Part shown: one piece after another, positions 22,481-32,521 of the stretch | Position numbering within the stretch: the stretch's first letter is position 1 | Layout: every line of letters starts with the position of its first letter | Source: Gammaproteobacteria bacterium | Lineage (GTDB): Bacteria; Pseudomonadota; Gammaproteobacteria; JBCCGL01 | NCBI GenBank assembly: GCA_965277715.1 | Contig: OZ255836.1 | Coordinates: 896,001-960,000, forward strand | DNA: 64,000 bases | Reading direction: 5' to 3' | Program-made: the position numbers and the translations under genes | The notes under the pieces: model-generated | Seen by the model: only the letters and a program-made list of their open reading frames with translations | Database searches by the model: none | Told to the model about the DNA's origin: nothing

Positions 22481-22650
22481 TTGAAGGCGCAAAAATCAAC
22501 AGCGAAGGCTATACAACGGGAAAGTGCCAAGGTGGGCAAACAAATAGAACAACTGCTTGACCGCATTGTGGACGCAGGGCCGCATATGTGATCAAAGCCC
22601 TGCCGTTCAAGGCTTTAAAGGTTTTTTTCGTGCGAGAAAGGGAATGGCTC
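22481..22650 (+). pseudogene. Probable C-terminal remnant of a large serine recombinase abutting the tRNA 3' end
   Basis: Fragments translate as ...KVGKQIEQLLDRIVDA...IKA / LPFKALK, running into the tRNA 3' end; broken by a stop and an apparent deletion. Family recognised from memory only. Confidence 0.5.
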
Positions 22651-22720
22651 CCCGGGACGGGCTCGAACCGCCGACCTAGTGATTAACAGTCACCCGCTCT
22701 ACCAACTGAGCTACCGGGGA
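22645..22720 (-). tRNA. tRNA-Asn (GTT)
   Basis: The minus strand reads TCCCCGGTAGCTCAGTTGGTAGAGCGGGTGACTGTTAATCACTAGGTCGGCGGTTCGAGCCCGTCCCGGGGAGCCA: 76 nt, anticodon GTT, encoded CCA. Confidence 0.97.
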
Positions 22721-22895
22721 ATTGGAAAGCGCGCATCTTACTGATTTGTCTCATAGGGGTCAATCACCAGACACAATAATCTTGCGTTTAATTGTTTGGC
22801 ACAATACCGATAAAGTTGAATTCTTAAGTCCTTTTACCCGCCAATCATTTAGACTATTGCTCCTACATTGATTGTGAGTAACAAGCTGCCAGCCC

Positions 22896-24959
22896 ATGTC
22901 TACCGATCCACCACAGTATTTCGTCCGGCCACAGAATAAGCCGTTTAAACTGGAAAAGAAATTTGAACCGGCGGGCGATCAGCCGGAGGCCATCAAAGTG
23001 CTTAACGACGGTATGGATGATGGCCTGGCTTTCCAAACCCTGCTGGGGGTAACCGGCTCCGGTAAAACCTACACCATCGCCAATGTCATTCAACAACAGC
23101 AGCGACCGGCGATTGTGCTGGCGCCAAACAAAACACTCGCCGCGCAGTTATACGCTGAAATGAAAGCCTTCTTTCCACACAACTCTGTCGAGTATTTTGT
23201 TTCCTATTACGATTACTACCAACCGGAGGCCTATGTGGCGGCCTCTGACACTTATATCGAAAAAGACGCCTCGGTCAACGAGCATATCGAGCAGATGCGC
23301 TTATCGGCGACCAAGGCACTCTTTGAACGGCGGGATACGATCATCGTCGCCACCGTCTCGGCTATTTATGGATTGGGCGATCCGCGTTCGTACCTGAAAA
23401 TGCTCCTCCACGTAGTGCGCGGTGACCAGATTGACCAACGGCAAATCCTGCGCCGACTCGCTGAATTGCAATACAAACGCAACGACCTTGAACTGCAGCG
23501 CGGCACTTACCGGGTGCGCGGTGAAATCATTGACATCCACCCAGCGGATTCGGATCGCGAGGCGGTGCGCATCGAACTATTCGATGATGAAGTGGAAAAC
23601 CTCTCCTATTTCGACCCGCTCACGGGAGAAGTGTTGCGGCGCGTGCCACGGCTCACCATCTACCCTAAAACCCATTACGTGACACCGCGTGAAACCCTGA
23701 TAGGCGCCATCGAACAAGTTCGCGTCGAATTGGCAGAGCGCCTGGCACAATTGTATGAAGCCAGCAAGCTACTCGAAGCACAACGCCTGAAAGAGCGCAC
23801 GCAGTTTGATATCGAGATGATCAGTGAACTGGGCTATTGTTCGGGTATTGAAAACTACTCGCGCTACTTGTCCGGTCGGCAGGCGGGCGAGCCACCGCCG
23901 TGCCTGTTCGACTATCTACCGCAGGATGCCATGTTATTTATCGACGAAAGCCATGTCACCGTACCGCAGCTCGGCGCGATGTATAAAGGTGACCGCTCGC
24001 GCAAGGAAAACCTGGTGATGTATGGTTTTCGCCTGCCATCAGCGCTGGATAACCGCCCGCTGCGGTTTGATGAATTTGAGCAGCTATCGCCACAAACCAT
24101 TTTTGTCTCGGCAACACCGGGCAACTATGAAGCGGCCCATGCCGATGCCGTGGCCGAGCAGGTGGTGCGGCCTACCGGCCTGGTCGATCCCGAGCTGGAA
24201 GTGCGACCGGTGGCGACTCAGGTCGATGATGTACTATCAGAAATTAATTTGCGCGCGGCAAAAAATGAACGTGTGTTGATAACAACACTGACCAAACGCA
24301 TGGCAGAAGACCTGACCGAATACCTGGCCGAACACGGCGTGCGGGTGCGCTATCTACACTCAGATATCGATACCATCGAGCGGGTCGAAATTATCCGTGA
24401 TCTGCGTTTGGGGGAATTTGATGTATTGGTGGGGATTAACCTGCTGCGTGAGGGTTTGGATATGCCTGAAGTCTCGCTAGTGGCGATTCTCGACGCAGAC
24501 AAAGAGGGCTTTTTACGCTCTGAACGCTCGTTGATCCAAACCATTGGCCGTGCCGCACGCAACCTTAATGGCAGAGCTATTTTGTATGCCGACTCGATAA
24601 CGGGGTCGATGCAACGCGCTATAGATGAAACAAACCGGCGGCGCGAAAAACAACAGCAATTCAACCAGCGGCATGGCATTACCCCCAAGAGTATCGCCAA
24701 AGATGTCGGTGATATTCTCGAAGGCGTGTACTCCAACGCCTCGCATAACCAGCGCGAATATATCCTCAGAGTGGCGCAGGAAGAGGCTGAATACGTTGCC
24801 AAATCACCCGCGCAAATGCTGCGCGAGATTAAGCAACTGGAAAAGACAATGTACCAGCACGCACAGGATCTGGAATTTGAAGAAGCCGCCGCATTGCGCG
24901 ACAAAATTGCCAGAATGCGGGAAAAAAGCCTCAATATGCCGGCGATTAAAAGTGCCTAA
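22896..24959 (+). CDS. uvrB: Excinuclease ABC subunit B
   Basis: [51 protein letters not shown] and C-terminal [11 protein letters not shown]. Confidence 0.98.
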   Translation: MSTDPPQYFVRPQNKPFKLEKKFEPAGDQPEAIKVLNDGMDDGLAFQTLLGVTGSGKTYTIANVIQQQQRPAIVLAPNKTLAAQLYAEMKAFFPHNSVEYFVSYYDYYQPEAYVAASDTYIEKDASVNEHIEQMRLSATKALFERRDTIIVATVSAIYGLGDPRSYLKMLLHVVRGDQIDQRQILRRLAELQYKRNDLELQRGTYRVRGEIIDIHPADSDREAVRIELFDDEVENLSYFDPLTGEVLRRVPRLTIYPKTHYVTPRETLIGAIEQVRVELAERLAQLYEASKLLEAQRLKERTQFDIEMISELGYCSGIENYSRYLSGRQAGEPPPCLFDYLPQDAMLFIDESHVTVPQLGAMYKGDRSRKENLVMYGFRLPSALDNRPLRFDEFEQLSPQTIFVSATPGNYEAAHADAVAEQVVRPTGLVDPELEVRPVATQVDDVLSEINLRAAKNERVLITTLTKRMAEDLTEYLAEHGVRVRYLHSDIDTIERVEIIRDLRLGEFDVLVGINLLREGLDMPEVSLVAILDADKEGFLRSERSLIQTIGRAARNLNGRAILYADSITGSMQRAIDETNRRREKQQQFNQRHGITPKSIAKDVGDILEGVYSNASHNQREYILRVAQEEAEYVAKSPAQMLREIKQLEKTMYQHAQDLEFEEAAALRDKIARMREKSLNMPAIKSA

Positions 24960-25153
24960 TTGCGGGTGCTTTGATCCAATCCAAATAAAGTGCAATGACT
25001 ATTGAGTATTGCGATCTGCCGGATCTGCTTTCCACAGAAACAGTTGGCATACTGCCGTATTCATTACCAAGATATTGTCACTACCTGCATAGAAACAGAA
25101 ATAGAGTAAACGTTAGGAACGTACACAAAATAAATACCAGCATTTTAGCAATC

Positions 25154-25236
25154 CTGTAGTGATTCTACAGGTGAAGCTGAAATGCTGGTTAAAGCGCTTT
25201 AGATTCTGTGCATTAGGTGGTCGCAGTAGATTCAAC
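25154..25236. repeat. 83-bp dispersed repeat, copy 1
   Basis: 78/83 identical to 58932-59014; with 25136-25153 it forms an extended hairpin. Confidence 0.85.
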
Positions 25237-25345
25237 TGAGGAATTTAGGTTGAAATAGGCTAAAGGGTATATATGGGAAGTGCAATATTACGGCACTTCC
25301 CACACCAAGCTGTTCACAAGAAAAATATCGATTTATAGAGCGCCG

Positions 25346-26671
25346 TCAAAAGAACTCATCAAAATTCACCTGCCAGGTGCCGTAAATCCGTGTCGAGTCA
25401 GCTGTCCCTGCATAGTCACTAACACCGATATTGACATTCGCACCAACAAAAATTCGACCTGTGCCCAATACACCTATAGGTAATTGAAAGCGAAATTCCG
25501 CTCGTCTGCCCCGAACCCTCTCGGTTTTCCCATACAGGATATCCAGATAAGCCTCGGGACTGCTTGCGAATCGATAACCGATGTAGTTTTTGCGAATCAC
25601 CGAATTACTCCCATCGACGCGGCTTAGCGAAGTGGCGACGATTGGCCCAAGCGCTAATGCCCCCACACTTTGCACAACGCCCTCATTGGCAAAGAACACA
25701 TTGAGATCTAATTCGAGCGCCTCCTCCACTGTCGAGTTAGCTGTATTCTGACCCAGATTTTCACTCTCACCCGTAGTCGTTAAGAGTATATTGCCAAAGT
25801 AGTGTAGATCGTCGAATGGCCCCCATATATCACATTTTTTGACATCCTTGCGATTGCCGAAGGGGCCGCAAATCTGACTGTAAGCCATAAAACCGACGCG
25901 GGTGGTATTGCGATTTTCCAACTGACTATTTGTAGCGCCCTCAAAGCCAGCATAAAAGCTGTAAAAGCGATCTTTACCCCAGTCTATAAGTTTAAGTGGC
26001 GTATTGGCGGTGAAAGCACTGGTGCTCCTCAACGTCTTTTGCGCCTCTTGATAAAATTTTTGTGAATCAGAACCAGGTTTCAATATACTTTGAGTTATAA
26101 TGTAGTTTTGTACAAGCTCCAACTGATTTCGTAGTACCTCGCGTTTATCTTTTGAGGGGTTATCGGCTATAGATTGGTCACAGGTTTGCATTAAGGTTTG
26201 AAAATCTTCCAGAGACCGATTTGATGTCGCCTTTTCGTTAATGGTAATTTGTTTCATCAACTGGACTTTAAATGCCTCTGGCCGGGTTAAGCATTGTTCA
26301 CCTTGATGCTTAAGCCCCGGTTGTTTATCCAGCTTATCAAAAACCATTTTTAGCGCTGTATACGCAGCATCGTAAACACCCTTATTCTCTGTATCTTGTT
26401 TGCTGGATGTAGTCAGGTAACCAAGCATATTCTGCAGCTCAAACTGTAACGCCTCTTGCTGCTGCTTGATAAGATCCTTCGCTATTACTTGTTCACAGGC
26501 GTTTAATTTACTCTTAAATTTGTTTATTGGTTCATTCTCTGTTTTGAGCAGCTCAACTAATTTGTCTTTAAATTCTGCTGGTTGGTTTAGGCACTGGGAA
26601 CTGTCATTTGCCAAGCCGACCAGTGGGATAATAAAAACAGCTACCGATAAAACTATTGAAATAATATACAT
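25346..26671 (-). CDS. Hypothetical exported protein: two tandem Cys-paired helical repeats and a probable C-terminal beta-barrel
   Basis: Signal peptide; repeats QCLNQPAEFK...CEQVIA and QCLTRPEAFK...CDQSIA; amphipathic strands; ends GTWQVNFDEFF. Confidence 0.7.
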   Translation of the reverse strand: MYIISIVLSVAVFIIPLVGLANDSSQCLNQPAEFKDKLVELLKTENEPINKFKSKLNACEQVIAKDLIKQQQEALQFELQNMLGYLTTSSKQDTENKGVYDAAYTALKMVFDKLDKQPGLKHQGEQCLTRPEAFKVQLMKQITINEKATSNRSLEDFQTLMQTCDQSIADNPSKDKREVLRNQLELVQNYIITQSILKPGSDSQKFYQEAQKTLRSTSAFTANTPLKLIDWGKDRFYSFYAGFEGATNSQLENRNTTRVGFMAYSQICGPFGNRKDVKKCDIWGPFDDLHYFGNILLTTTGESENLGQNTANSTVEEALELDLNVFFANEGVVQSVGALALGPIVATSLSRVDGSNSVIRKNYIGYRFASSPEAYLDILYGKTERVRGRRAEFRFQLPIGVLGTGRIFVGANVNIGVSDYAGTADSTRIYGTWQVNFDEFF

Positions 26672-26698
26672 GACTGTTTTCTCCTATTCTCCTATTGG

Positions 26699-27652
26699 TT
26701 AGAACCGGTACGCGTTAGCACGCGCATCAAATGTCATACCGTTAAGTGTTTCTACCCGCTTGCCATTCAGCGCCAAATTAAAAAATTCTTTAACGACATC
26801 GTTGGTCTCCTCGTAAAAAACGCCGTGGGTATTGCCGACATAGGGGCCATTGCTGAAATCGTAATACCTGGCGTTGGCAGCATTGAGGTTTTTAAAGGTA
26901 TTGCCGAGTCGACCAGGTTGAAAATTGATATCCGACCAACCGAGAGTTTTGTCATTTTCGTTAATAGTGATGTAAATGCGGCGCCCACTGTTAATATTTT
27001 CCACCCAGTCGCGGTGGCCACGGTTATCTACATCCGCCTGACAGAGAACGATATTTTCAAAAATCTGCGTTTCCTCATTGTACAAATTACTCTCGACATA
27101 GTTTTTTAGGAGTAAATTTCCCAGGCTATACGCCATGAGGGAAAAGCGGGTTTCGCAGGCTTGCAACGCAGATAAATTAAACGGTTGGTGCAGGTACGCC
27201 CCCAGTTTCTCGAGTGTTTTATCCAGTGCGCCGGCAGAAGCCAAGGCCATACGTTTAGCATCGCGGTATTCAGAAATAACTAAACCACCGGGATTCGACG
27301 GCCATGAAAAAACAATTACCTCAACACCGTAACGCTGTTGAATTCGCCAGCCCTTTTTCAAACTCTTCTTAAAGGACTGCCTAAATCCGTGAACCAAAAA
27401 AACGCAGTTTTTACTGTCGCGTAACAGGGATTCGCGCAGCGAACGGAATTGTTGTTCCGAGGCCAGTTTGCCTGTTTTTCTGTCAATCTCGTCAAGCAGC
27501 TCGACGCGCCATTGACCGTCTAATTTATCCACCTTAGCCAGGCGAATCTCGTTGGGGTTGACTATATTTAGTTGATCGCCAAAAGCCCGGTGGTCGCCGA
27601 TACCGCCCGATAAATTACGGTCATTAATGTTTCTATTGGTAATTACAAGCAT
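26699..27652 (-). CDS. DUF900-like alpha/beta hydrolase
   Basis: VITNR, FLVHGF, FSWPS, nucleophile elbow AYSLGN, QADVD, N.ND.TL and GRLG; RBS AGGAG before ATG 27652. Confidence 0.8.
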   Translation of the reverse strand: MLVITNRNINDRNLSGGIGDHRAFGDQLNIVNPNEIRLAKVDKLDGQWRVELLDEIDRKTGKLASEQQFRSLRESLLRDSKNCVFLVHGFRQSFKKSLKKGWRIQQRYGVEVIVFSWPSNPGGLVISEYRDAKRMALASAGALDKTLEKLGAYLHQPFNLSALQACETRFSLMAYSLGNLLLKNYVESNLYNEETQIFENIVLCQADVDNRGHRDWVENINSGRRIYITINENDKTLGWSDINFQPGRLGNTFKNLNAANARYYDFSNGPYVGNTHGVFYEETNDVVKEFFNLALNGKRVETLNGMTFDARANAYRF

Positions 27653-28006
27653 AATAGTCTCCTGTTCAATATAATGGGTTGGTCGGTGCATCGTCCTGAC
27701 ACACCGACCGTGAAAGTGGCTCTCATCATCACTGGCCAGCTCTTGCTGGAGATAGACATTCCACCTCCCCTCTCCCTGGGGTGAACCACCTTCGTTTATC
27801 GCGATCAATCCCGTTGAACGCGGGACGACCATATCTGGCCATCACTTCTTATCGCACCGCTCAAGCACTGCGCTGCAATTCGATGAAGACAGAGTAAATA
27901 GGTGGCGTGAGTTCAGAAGTTAAAGTAATGCAAGTAAATCGTGATTTTTCCAGGTTGAAAGTACCTCCACGGCCAATCACAGCCTAATTGACTATTTGAT
28001 TTACCC

Positions 28007-28048
28007 GACTCCATGTACTGGCTTGTGTGCAAGTTAATACATGGAGTC
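28007..28048. repeat. 42-bp palindromic repeat, copy 1
   Basis: GACTCCATGTACTGGCTTGTGTGCAAGTTAATACATGGAGTC; second copy at 43106-43147. Confidence 0.75.
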
Positions 28049-28209
28049 CAGGCACACGATGCGCATTTGGGCAGGTACGAAAAATTTGCGCTATAAATAA
28101 ATAGTAGTTTTGATAAACCTTAGTTCCAGCACTCGAATCACTACAGTTAGCGCTACTTAAAATTCACGAACTATCGCTATTCTGTTGGCAAACTCATTCG
28201 ATCTGTTGC

Positions 28210-28378
28210 TAGGAGTCTGTCGGATTTAGGGCTGCTCTACTGCGGAAAAGCCGATTTGGCCCTTTTTTTGCGCACTGTTTCGTCAAATAGAACCACTATG
28301 TTCCTCAATAGTGCGCAAAAAAAATGACTCAAATCGGTCTTTCCTTCGCTACGGGCGCCTAAACCCGACAGGATCCTG
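28210..28378. mobile_element. 169-bp MITE-like palindromic element
   Basis: 21-bp imperfect terminal inverted repeats (TAGGAGTCTGTCGGATTTAGG / CCTAAACCCGACAGGATCCTG), long internal inverted arms, and partial copies at 14312-14376 and 52919-52974. Confidence 0.7.
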
Positions 28379-28413
28379 GATGTTGTAAAACGTATTTTTT
28401 TGGCACACCACCT

Positions 28414-30456
28414 ATGCCTACCTGGAAAATTCAACTGCTTGGAGAATTCCGCTGTGTGACGCCGGACACCAGCGAGATCATATTGCCCGGGCGAAAGCAC
28501 CAGGCTCTATTTGCCATCGTGCTACTGGCGAAGAGCCGCAGCATCACCCGCGAGCGGTTATTGGATTTACTTTGGGGGTCGCGTTCTGAGGATCAGGCAC
28601 GCGCCAGCCTGCGTGGTGTGCTCAGTGAAATCCGGCGCGCCTGCCGCCCGTATGGCGGCTGCCCCATTCAAGCCAATCGAACACATGTAGCATTGGCTGC
28701 CGAGCCTGGTGTCGATGTCGATACCGATCTGCTGTACAGCGCTATACAACGCGATGACCCGCAAATCTATGCGGCGGCAAGTTATCTCAACGCCGCAGAG
28801 CTGTTGACGTCACTCAAAATCAACGAACGCGCTTTCGAACAATGGAAGGAAACCGAACAGACCAACTTACTGCGCAGCTACCGTAGTGCACTGATCCAAT
28901 ACCTTGCCACACTTGAGAAAGACAGACACGCCGAGGACATTGAGCGCGTTGCCAACTGCCTGCTGGGTGTCGACGATACCGACGAAGATGCCCATCGTAC
29001 GCTGATGCAGCTCTATCATTTTCGTGGTAACCACTCGCTGGCCCTGCGACAGTTTGAGTTGTGCGAGAGTCGTCTGAACGCGCTGTACGGCTCTTCGGTT
29101 TCGCAGGAGACACGGGTGCTCGCCCAACAAATCAAAACCACTCCGCAGCCTTTGCCAGAGACTGAAACCCTCACTGCTTCAAACCCAACGACAATAGCGA
29201 CAAAGCAGCCCGGTAAACCGCCCGGTGTCGCACTGGCGGTGATTCCATTTACACTGCCGCCGGGAGCGGATATCGACGTTGGTATTACCAGCTTTTGGGC
29301 CGAAGAAATCGCGGGCGCCGCCAGCCGTTTTAAGTGGTTTCGCGTGGTGCCCACCAGTGAAACTTTTCGCCTGGACGTGCGGGCGCTCGGTGCCAGTGGG
29401 GTAAGCGCCGCTACCGGCGCCAAGTACGTGCTCGGGGGGCGCTGCCGGGTACTACCCGAAGGCTACAAACTTACAGTGGAGCTGGCCGACGGGGTTAATA
29501 CGGAAACAGTCTGGAGTGAACTCATTACTTTGTCGCCACAGGCTTTGCTGGAACCTGGGGAAGTGTTAGAGAAAGTCGTCGGGAAATTGGACATTAAACT
29601 GCGCGCCAGTGAAATACGGCTGGCCTACCAGCTGGATAGAAACACGCTGAACGGCTATGAATGCACCCTGCTGGCGCTATCGAATATGTATGATCTCACC
29701 GCAACCACTTACCAGGAAACTGAGCTACTGTTCGACCGTGCAGTGTGCCTAAACCCCAATAGAGCCTGGTTTTATTCCTTCTGGTCGCTGTGGAAAATGT
29801 TTTGCCTGGGGCAAGACTGGGCGAAAGACCACGCCGAGGAGCTGCATACCGCTGGAAACCTGGCACGCCAGGCAATCAAGCACGACCCGGACGATGCATT
29901 GGCGCTGGCGATACTCGGCTATTTCACCTCCTTTTGGGATCATAACATCCTGCAGGGCCGCAAATATCTTGATCAGTCACTCAGTCTGAATCCCTATTCA
30001 TCATTGGCCTGGGTGTTGAGTGCAGCGACCTATTCCCACTCCGGCAAACCACAAGAGGCTCTGCGACGACTGGCAAAATCCCGTGCGCTGTGCCCTATAG
30101 AACCTCACTTCGAGTTTCTATACAACACTGCACACTGCATCGCACACCTGTTTAGCCATGACCCCGCCCAGGCATTACCCTGGGCTTACGATATCGTGCG
30201 CGGCAACCCTGGGTTTACCAATGGCTACAAGCACCTGCTGGTAGCCCTGGGGCACCTTGAGCAGCTCGCCGAATGCCAGCGCTATATACGTCAGCTACTG
30301 CAACTGGAACCGGATTTCACCATTGGCAAATTCATTGGCAACTATCCGTTCGCCAATGAGGAGGACCGCCAGTTTTACTGCGAAGGCCTCCGCCGTGCCG
30401 GGGTTGCGGCGGGCAAAGCCAGCGCCACGCTAATGTTGTTGCCTGACGCTGGTTAA
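28414..30456 (+). CDS. SARP/AfsR-like transcriptional regulator (winged helix, BTAD, TolB-like and TPR domains)
   Basis: IQLLGEF...RKHQAL...TRERLLDLLW...QARASLR..LSEIR; BTAD motif DEDAHRTLMQLY...ALRQFE; LAVIPF...F.WFRVV; C-terminal TPRs ending EGLRRAG. Confidence 0.85.
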   Translation: MPTWKIQLLGEFRCVTPDTSEIILPGRKHQALFAIVLLAKSRSITRERLLDLLWGSRSEDQARASLRGVLSEIRRACRPYGGCPIQANRTHVALAAEPGVDVDTDLLYSAIQRDDPQIYAAASYLNAAELLTSLKINERAFEQWKETEQTNLLRSYRSALIQYLATLEKDRHAEDIERVANCLLGVDDTDEDAHRTLMQLYHFRGNHSLALRQFELCESRLNALYGSSVSQETRVLAQQIKTTPQPLPETETLTASNPTTIATKQPGKPPGVALAVIPFTLPPGADIDVGITSFWAEEIAGAASRFKWFRVVPTSETFRLDVRALGASGVSAATGAKYVLGGRCRVLPEGYKLTVELADGVNTETVWSELITLSPQALLEPGEVLEKVVGKLDIKLRASEIRLAYQLDRNTLNGYECTLLALSNMYDLTATTYQETELLFDRAVCLNPNRAWFYSFWSLWKMFCLGQDWAKDHAEELHTAGNLARQAIKHDPDDALALAILGYFTSFWDHNILQGRKYLDQSLSLNPYSSLAWVLSAATYSHSGKPQEALRRLAKSRALCPIEPHFEFLYNTAHCIAHLFSHDPAQALPWAYDIVRGNPGFTNGYKHLLVALGHLEQLAECQRYIRQLLQLEPDFTIGKFIGNYPFANEEDRQFYCEGLRRAGVAAGKASATLMLLPDAG

Positions 30457-30475
30457 TCATCTGCCGCACAATCGC

Positions 30476-32521
30476 TTAACTGGCAACGGTATTAGCACTC
30501 GATGCCGCTGAACCATGCCTCAAATACAAGCCCTTATAACGAGGCTTTGGCCGATGCTCTTTTGTCGGCATAAACCGGGGTTTAAGCTGATAGAGCTGGA
30601 TTGGCCTACCCCGAAAGCAGGTAAACCCGATAGTGAAGACAAAGCGGATATCCACGCCTTGTTGCCCTCTTTTACACACTGCCTGCGATGATGGTCTGGC
30701 TGACGGGCGCTCACCGGAACCAGTAAAGAACCGTGGGCTTATCCATACCTTGGCCTCGCGCCGCGACGATACAAACACCGTTTCCCATGTGCTGCTGCCG
30801 TCGTCGGTCGCCCGTCGACATTGAACAGCGGTGGTAACTTTTGTGTCGATACCTGCGGGCAACATGCCAGACCAGTCAAAATACAAATAATGACTGTCTT
30901 CACGCACTTTATAGACCAGGGCGTTCTTTGGCTTGCCCTTAATCGGTTGTTGACTATTAAAAGCGGAGGCTATTTTTTCATCCAGAGCAGAGTGAATCGA
31001 GGTAAAAGTATCATGTCCCCCCGATTCCCCATAGGCATCGACCACTACGCCGTCGATCATAAGGTACAGTCGCTGCAGTAGCTTATCTGCCGCACCGGTC
31101 AAGGTCACCTGAAACAAGCCAAAAGGGTGGCGCGGATCACTCCCTGGCCTGCGAAAATAGACCGACTGCGCCTGGTTCCACATCGATTGTGCGCTAATCG
31201 GGCCAATATTATCGAAATCCGCGTATACCCTGACCCTGGAGGCCGCCTGGCTACCCGGTTTTGCAGTAATATAGTTAGACTTGACGGTGTGTAGAATTTG
31301 CCCCTGCTTTCGATCCAGGTTGTATTGGCATATCACTGTCCAGGCCTGATTTTGTGAGTTATTGATAAAATTGCCATCGGATATCTCTTTCAACTGATCG
31401 TAAATACCCTTATAGGTATAGGCGCTGAGCCATTGCGGATGGCGATACGTCATCAGGTCGAACCAGCGGTTGTGCGCAAGCACACGAGGTGATCTGCTGG
31501 CTGGTCTGCCCACATTGAGGCCAAGATGAGTATCGGCTTCCCCCGTATTGACCGATAGATGCCCGTACTTGCTGGTTAACGTTGAGGGGTTTGGGTCTGA
31601 CCGATGCTGACCAATAGCGGCACCGTGATCCTGCACCAGAGGAACCCCCGGGTGTTGCCGCCCGAGGATGTGCGCCAGTTCGTGGGCGCCAACCAGGCCG
31701 GTATCATCCACCGCCCCGACCGCGACGGCGTGAGTACTGGCAAACATAGGGGCATCCATCGCCACCCCGCCGAACCGATCTTCAGGGTCGACAAAAACAC
31801 CCAGGTAAAATGTGCGCGTATTCTCCCTGCCATTATCGCTATCGATCTCATCCGCCCGGTGCAGCAGTGTTTGCCTGAGTAGGTTAGCCATCATCCGGGT
31901 GGCGCGCTCTTCGTGCGGTACCTCCCATTGATCGACCCGGTTGAGTGCACGAAATGCCTGGTCGACCTGTACCGGTACTGTACTCCAACCGACCGTAGCG
32001 ACGGGGAAAGCGCGTTCGATATAATCCCGAATCAACTCGACCTGTTCATGGCTCGGCTCAAGATAGACACGATTGTGTTTATCCGGGTAGCGAAATACCA
32101 ATACCCGGCAGGATAAAGTGTAGTGCGGACTAACCATCACGGAAACAACATCGGATGTACCCAGCACGACATCGCTGCCTGTTAATTCAGTCAACTTAAG
32201 GCTTATTTTTCCGGGGGTTTCGACAACAGCGGCGGGCAGTTTAAAGTGCAGGGAATTGCTCCAATGTATTCGCTGTAGCGACAACGAGTAATCCAACCCT
32301 GCTGACCAGTGCACGGGTTCACTGGGGATCGTATTATGTGTGACCCCGTTGACCTCAATTTGCAGTTTACCCGCCAAGGTCAAATTCCTATCGGGTCGAA
32401 ACGGTGAAAAATAGACACGTGCGAATGTGCATTTACCTGCTATTAGTGGTACTTCGTTGTTGGCATTTTGGATTGCCTGGACAACTTCAATATGTGAAAC
32501 ATTAACTATTTTTGGATCCAT
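30476..32521 (-). CDS. Metzincin zinc metalloprotease (M66/StcE-like N-domain), no signal peptide
   Basis: IEVVQAIQ...VPLIAGK.T.ARVY; HELAHILGRQH (HExxHxxGxxH); Met-turn DLMTY..PQWLSAYTY; RBS AGGAG before ATG 32521. Confidence 0.78.
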   Translation of the reverse strand: MDPKIVNVSHIEVVQAIQNANNEVPLIAGKCTFARVYFSPFRPDRNLTLAGKLQIEVNGVTHNTIPSEPVHWSAGLDYSLSLQRIHWSNSLHFKLPAAVVETPGKISLKLTELTGSDVVLGTSDVVSVMVSPHYTLSCRVLVFRYPDKHNRVYLEPSHEQVELIRDYIERAFPVATVGWSTVPVQVDQAFRALNRVDQWEVPHEERATRMMANLLRQTLLHRADEIDSDNGRENTRTFYLGVFVDPEDRFGGVAMDAPMFASTHAVAVGAVDDTGLVGAHELAHILGRQHPGVPLVQDHGAAIGQHRSDPNPSTLTSKYGHLSVNTGEADTHLGLNVGRPASRSPRVLAHNRWFDLMTYRHPQWLSAYTYKGIYDQLKEISDGNFINNSQNQAWTVICQYNLDRKQGQILHTVKSNYITAKPGSQAASRVRVYADFDNIGPISAQSMWNQAQSVYFRRPGSDPRHPFGLFQVTLTGAADKLLQRLYLMIDGVVVDAYGESGGHDTFTSIHSALDEKIASAFNSQQPIKGKPKNALVYKVREDSHYLYFDWSGMLPAGIDTKVTTAVQCRRATDDGSSTWETVFVSSRREAKVWISPRFFTGSGERPSARPSSQAVCKRGQQGVDIRFVFTIGFTCFRGRPIQLYQLKPRFMPTKEHRPKPRYKGLYLRHGSAASSANTVAS

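Noticed and set aside
28396-28416. Sigma54 promoter at TTGGCAC before the BTAD regulator (also TGGCAC near 34667)
   Set aside because: The -12 TTGC element is missing at the required spacing.
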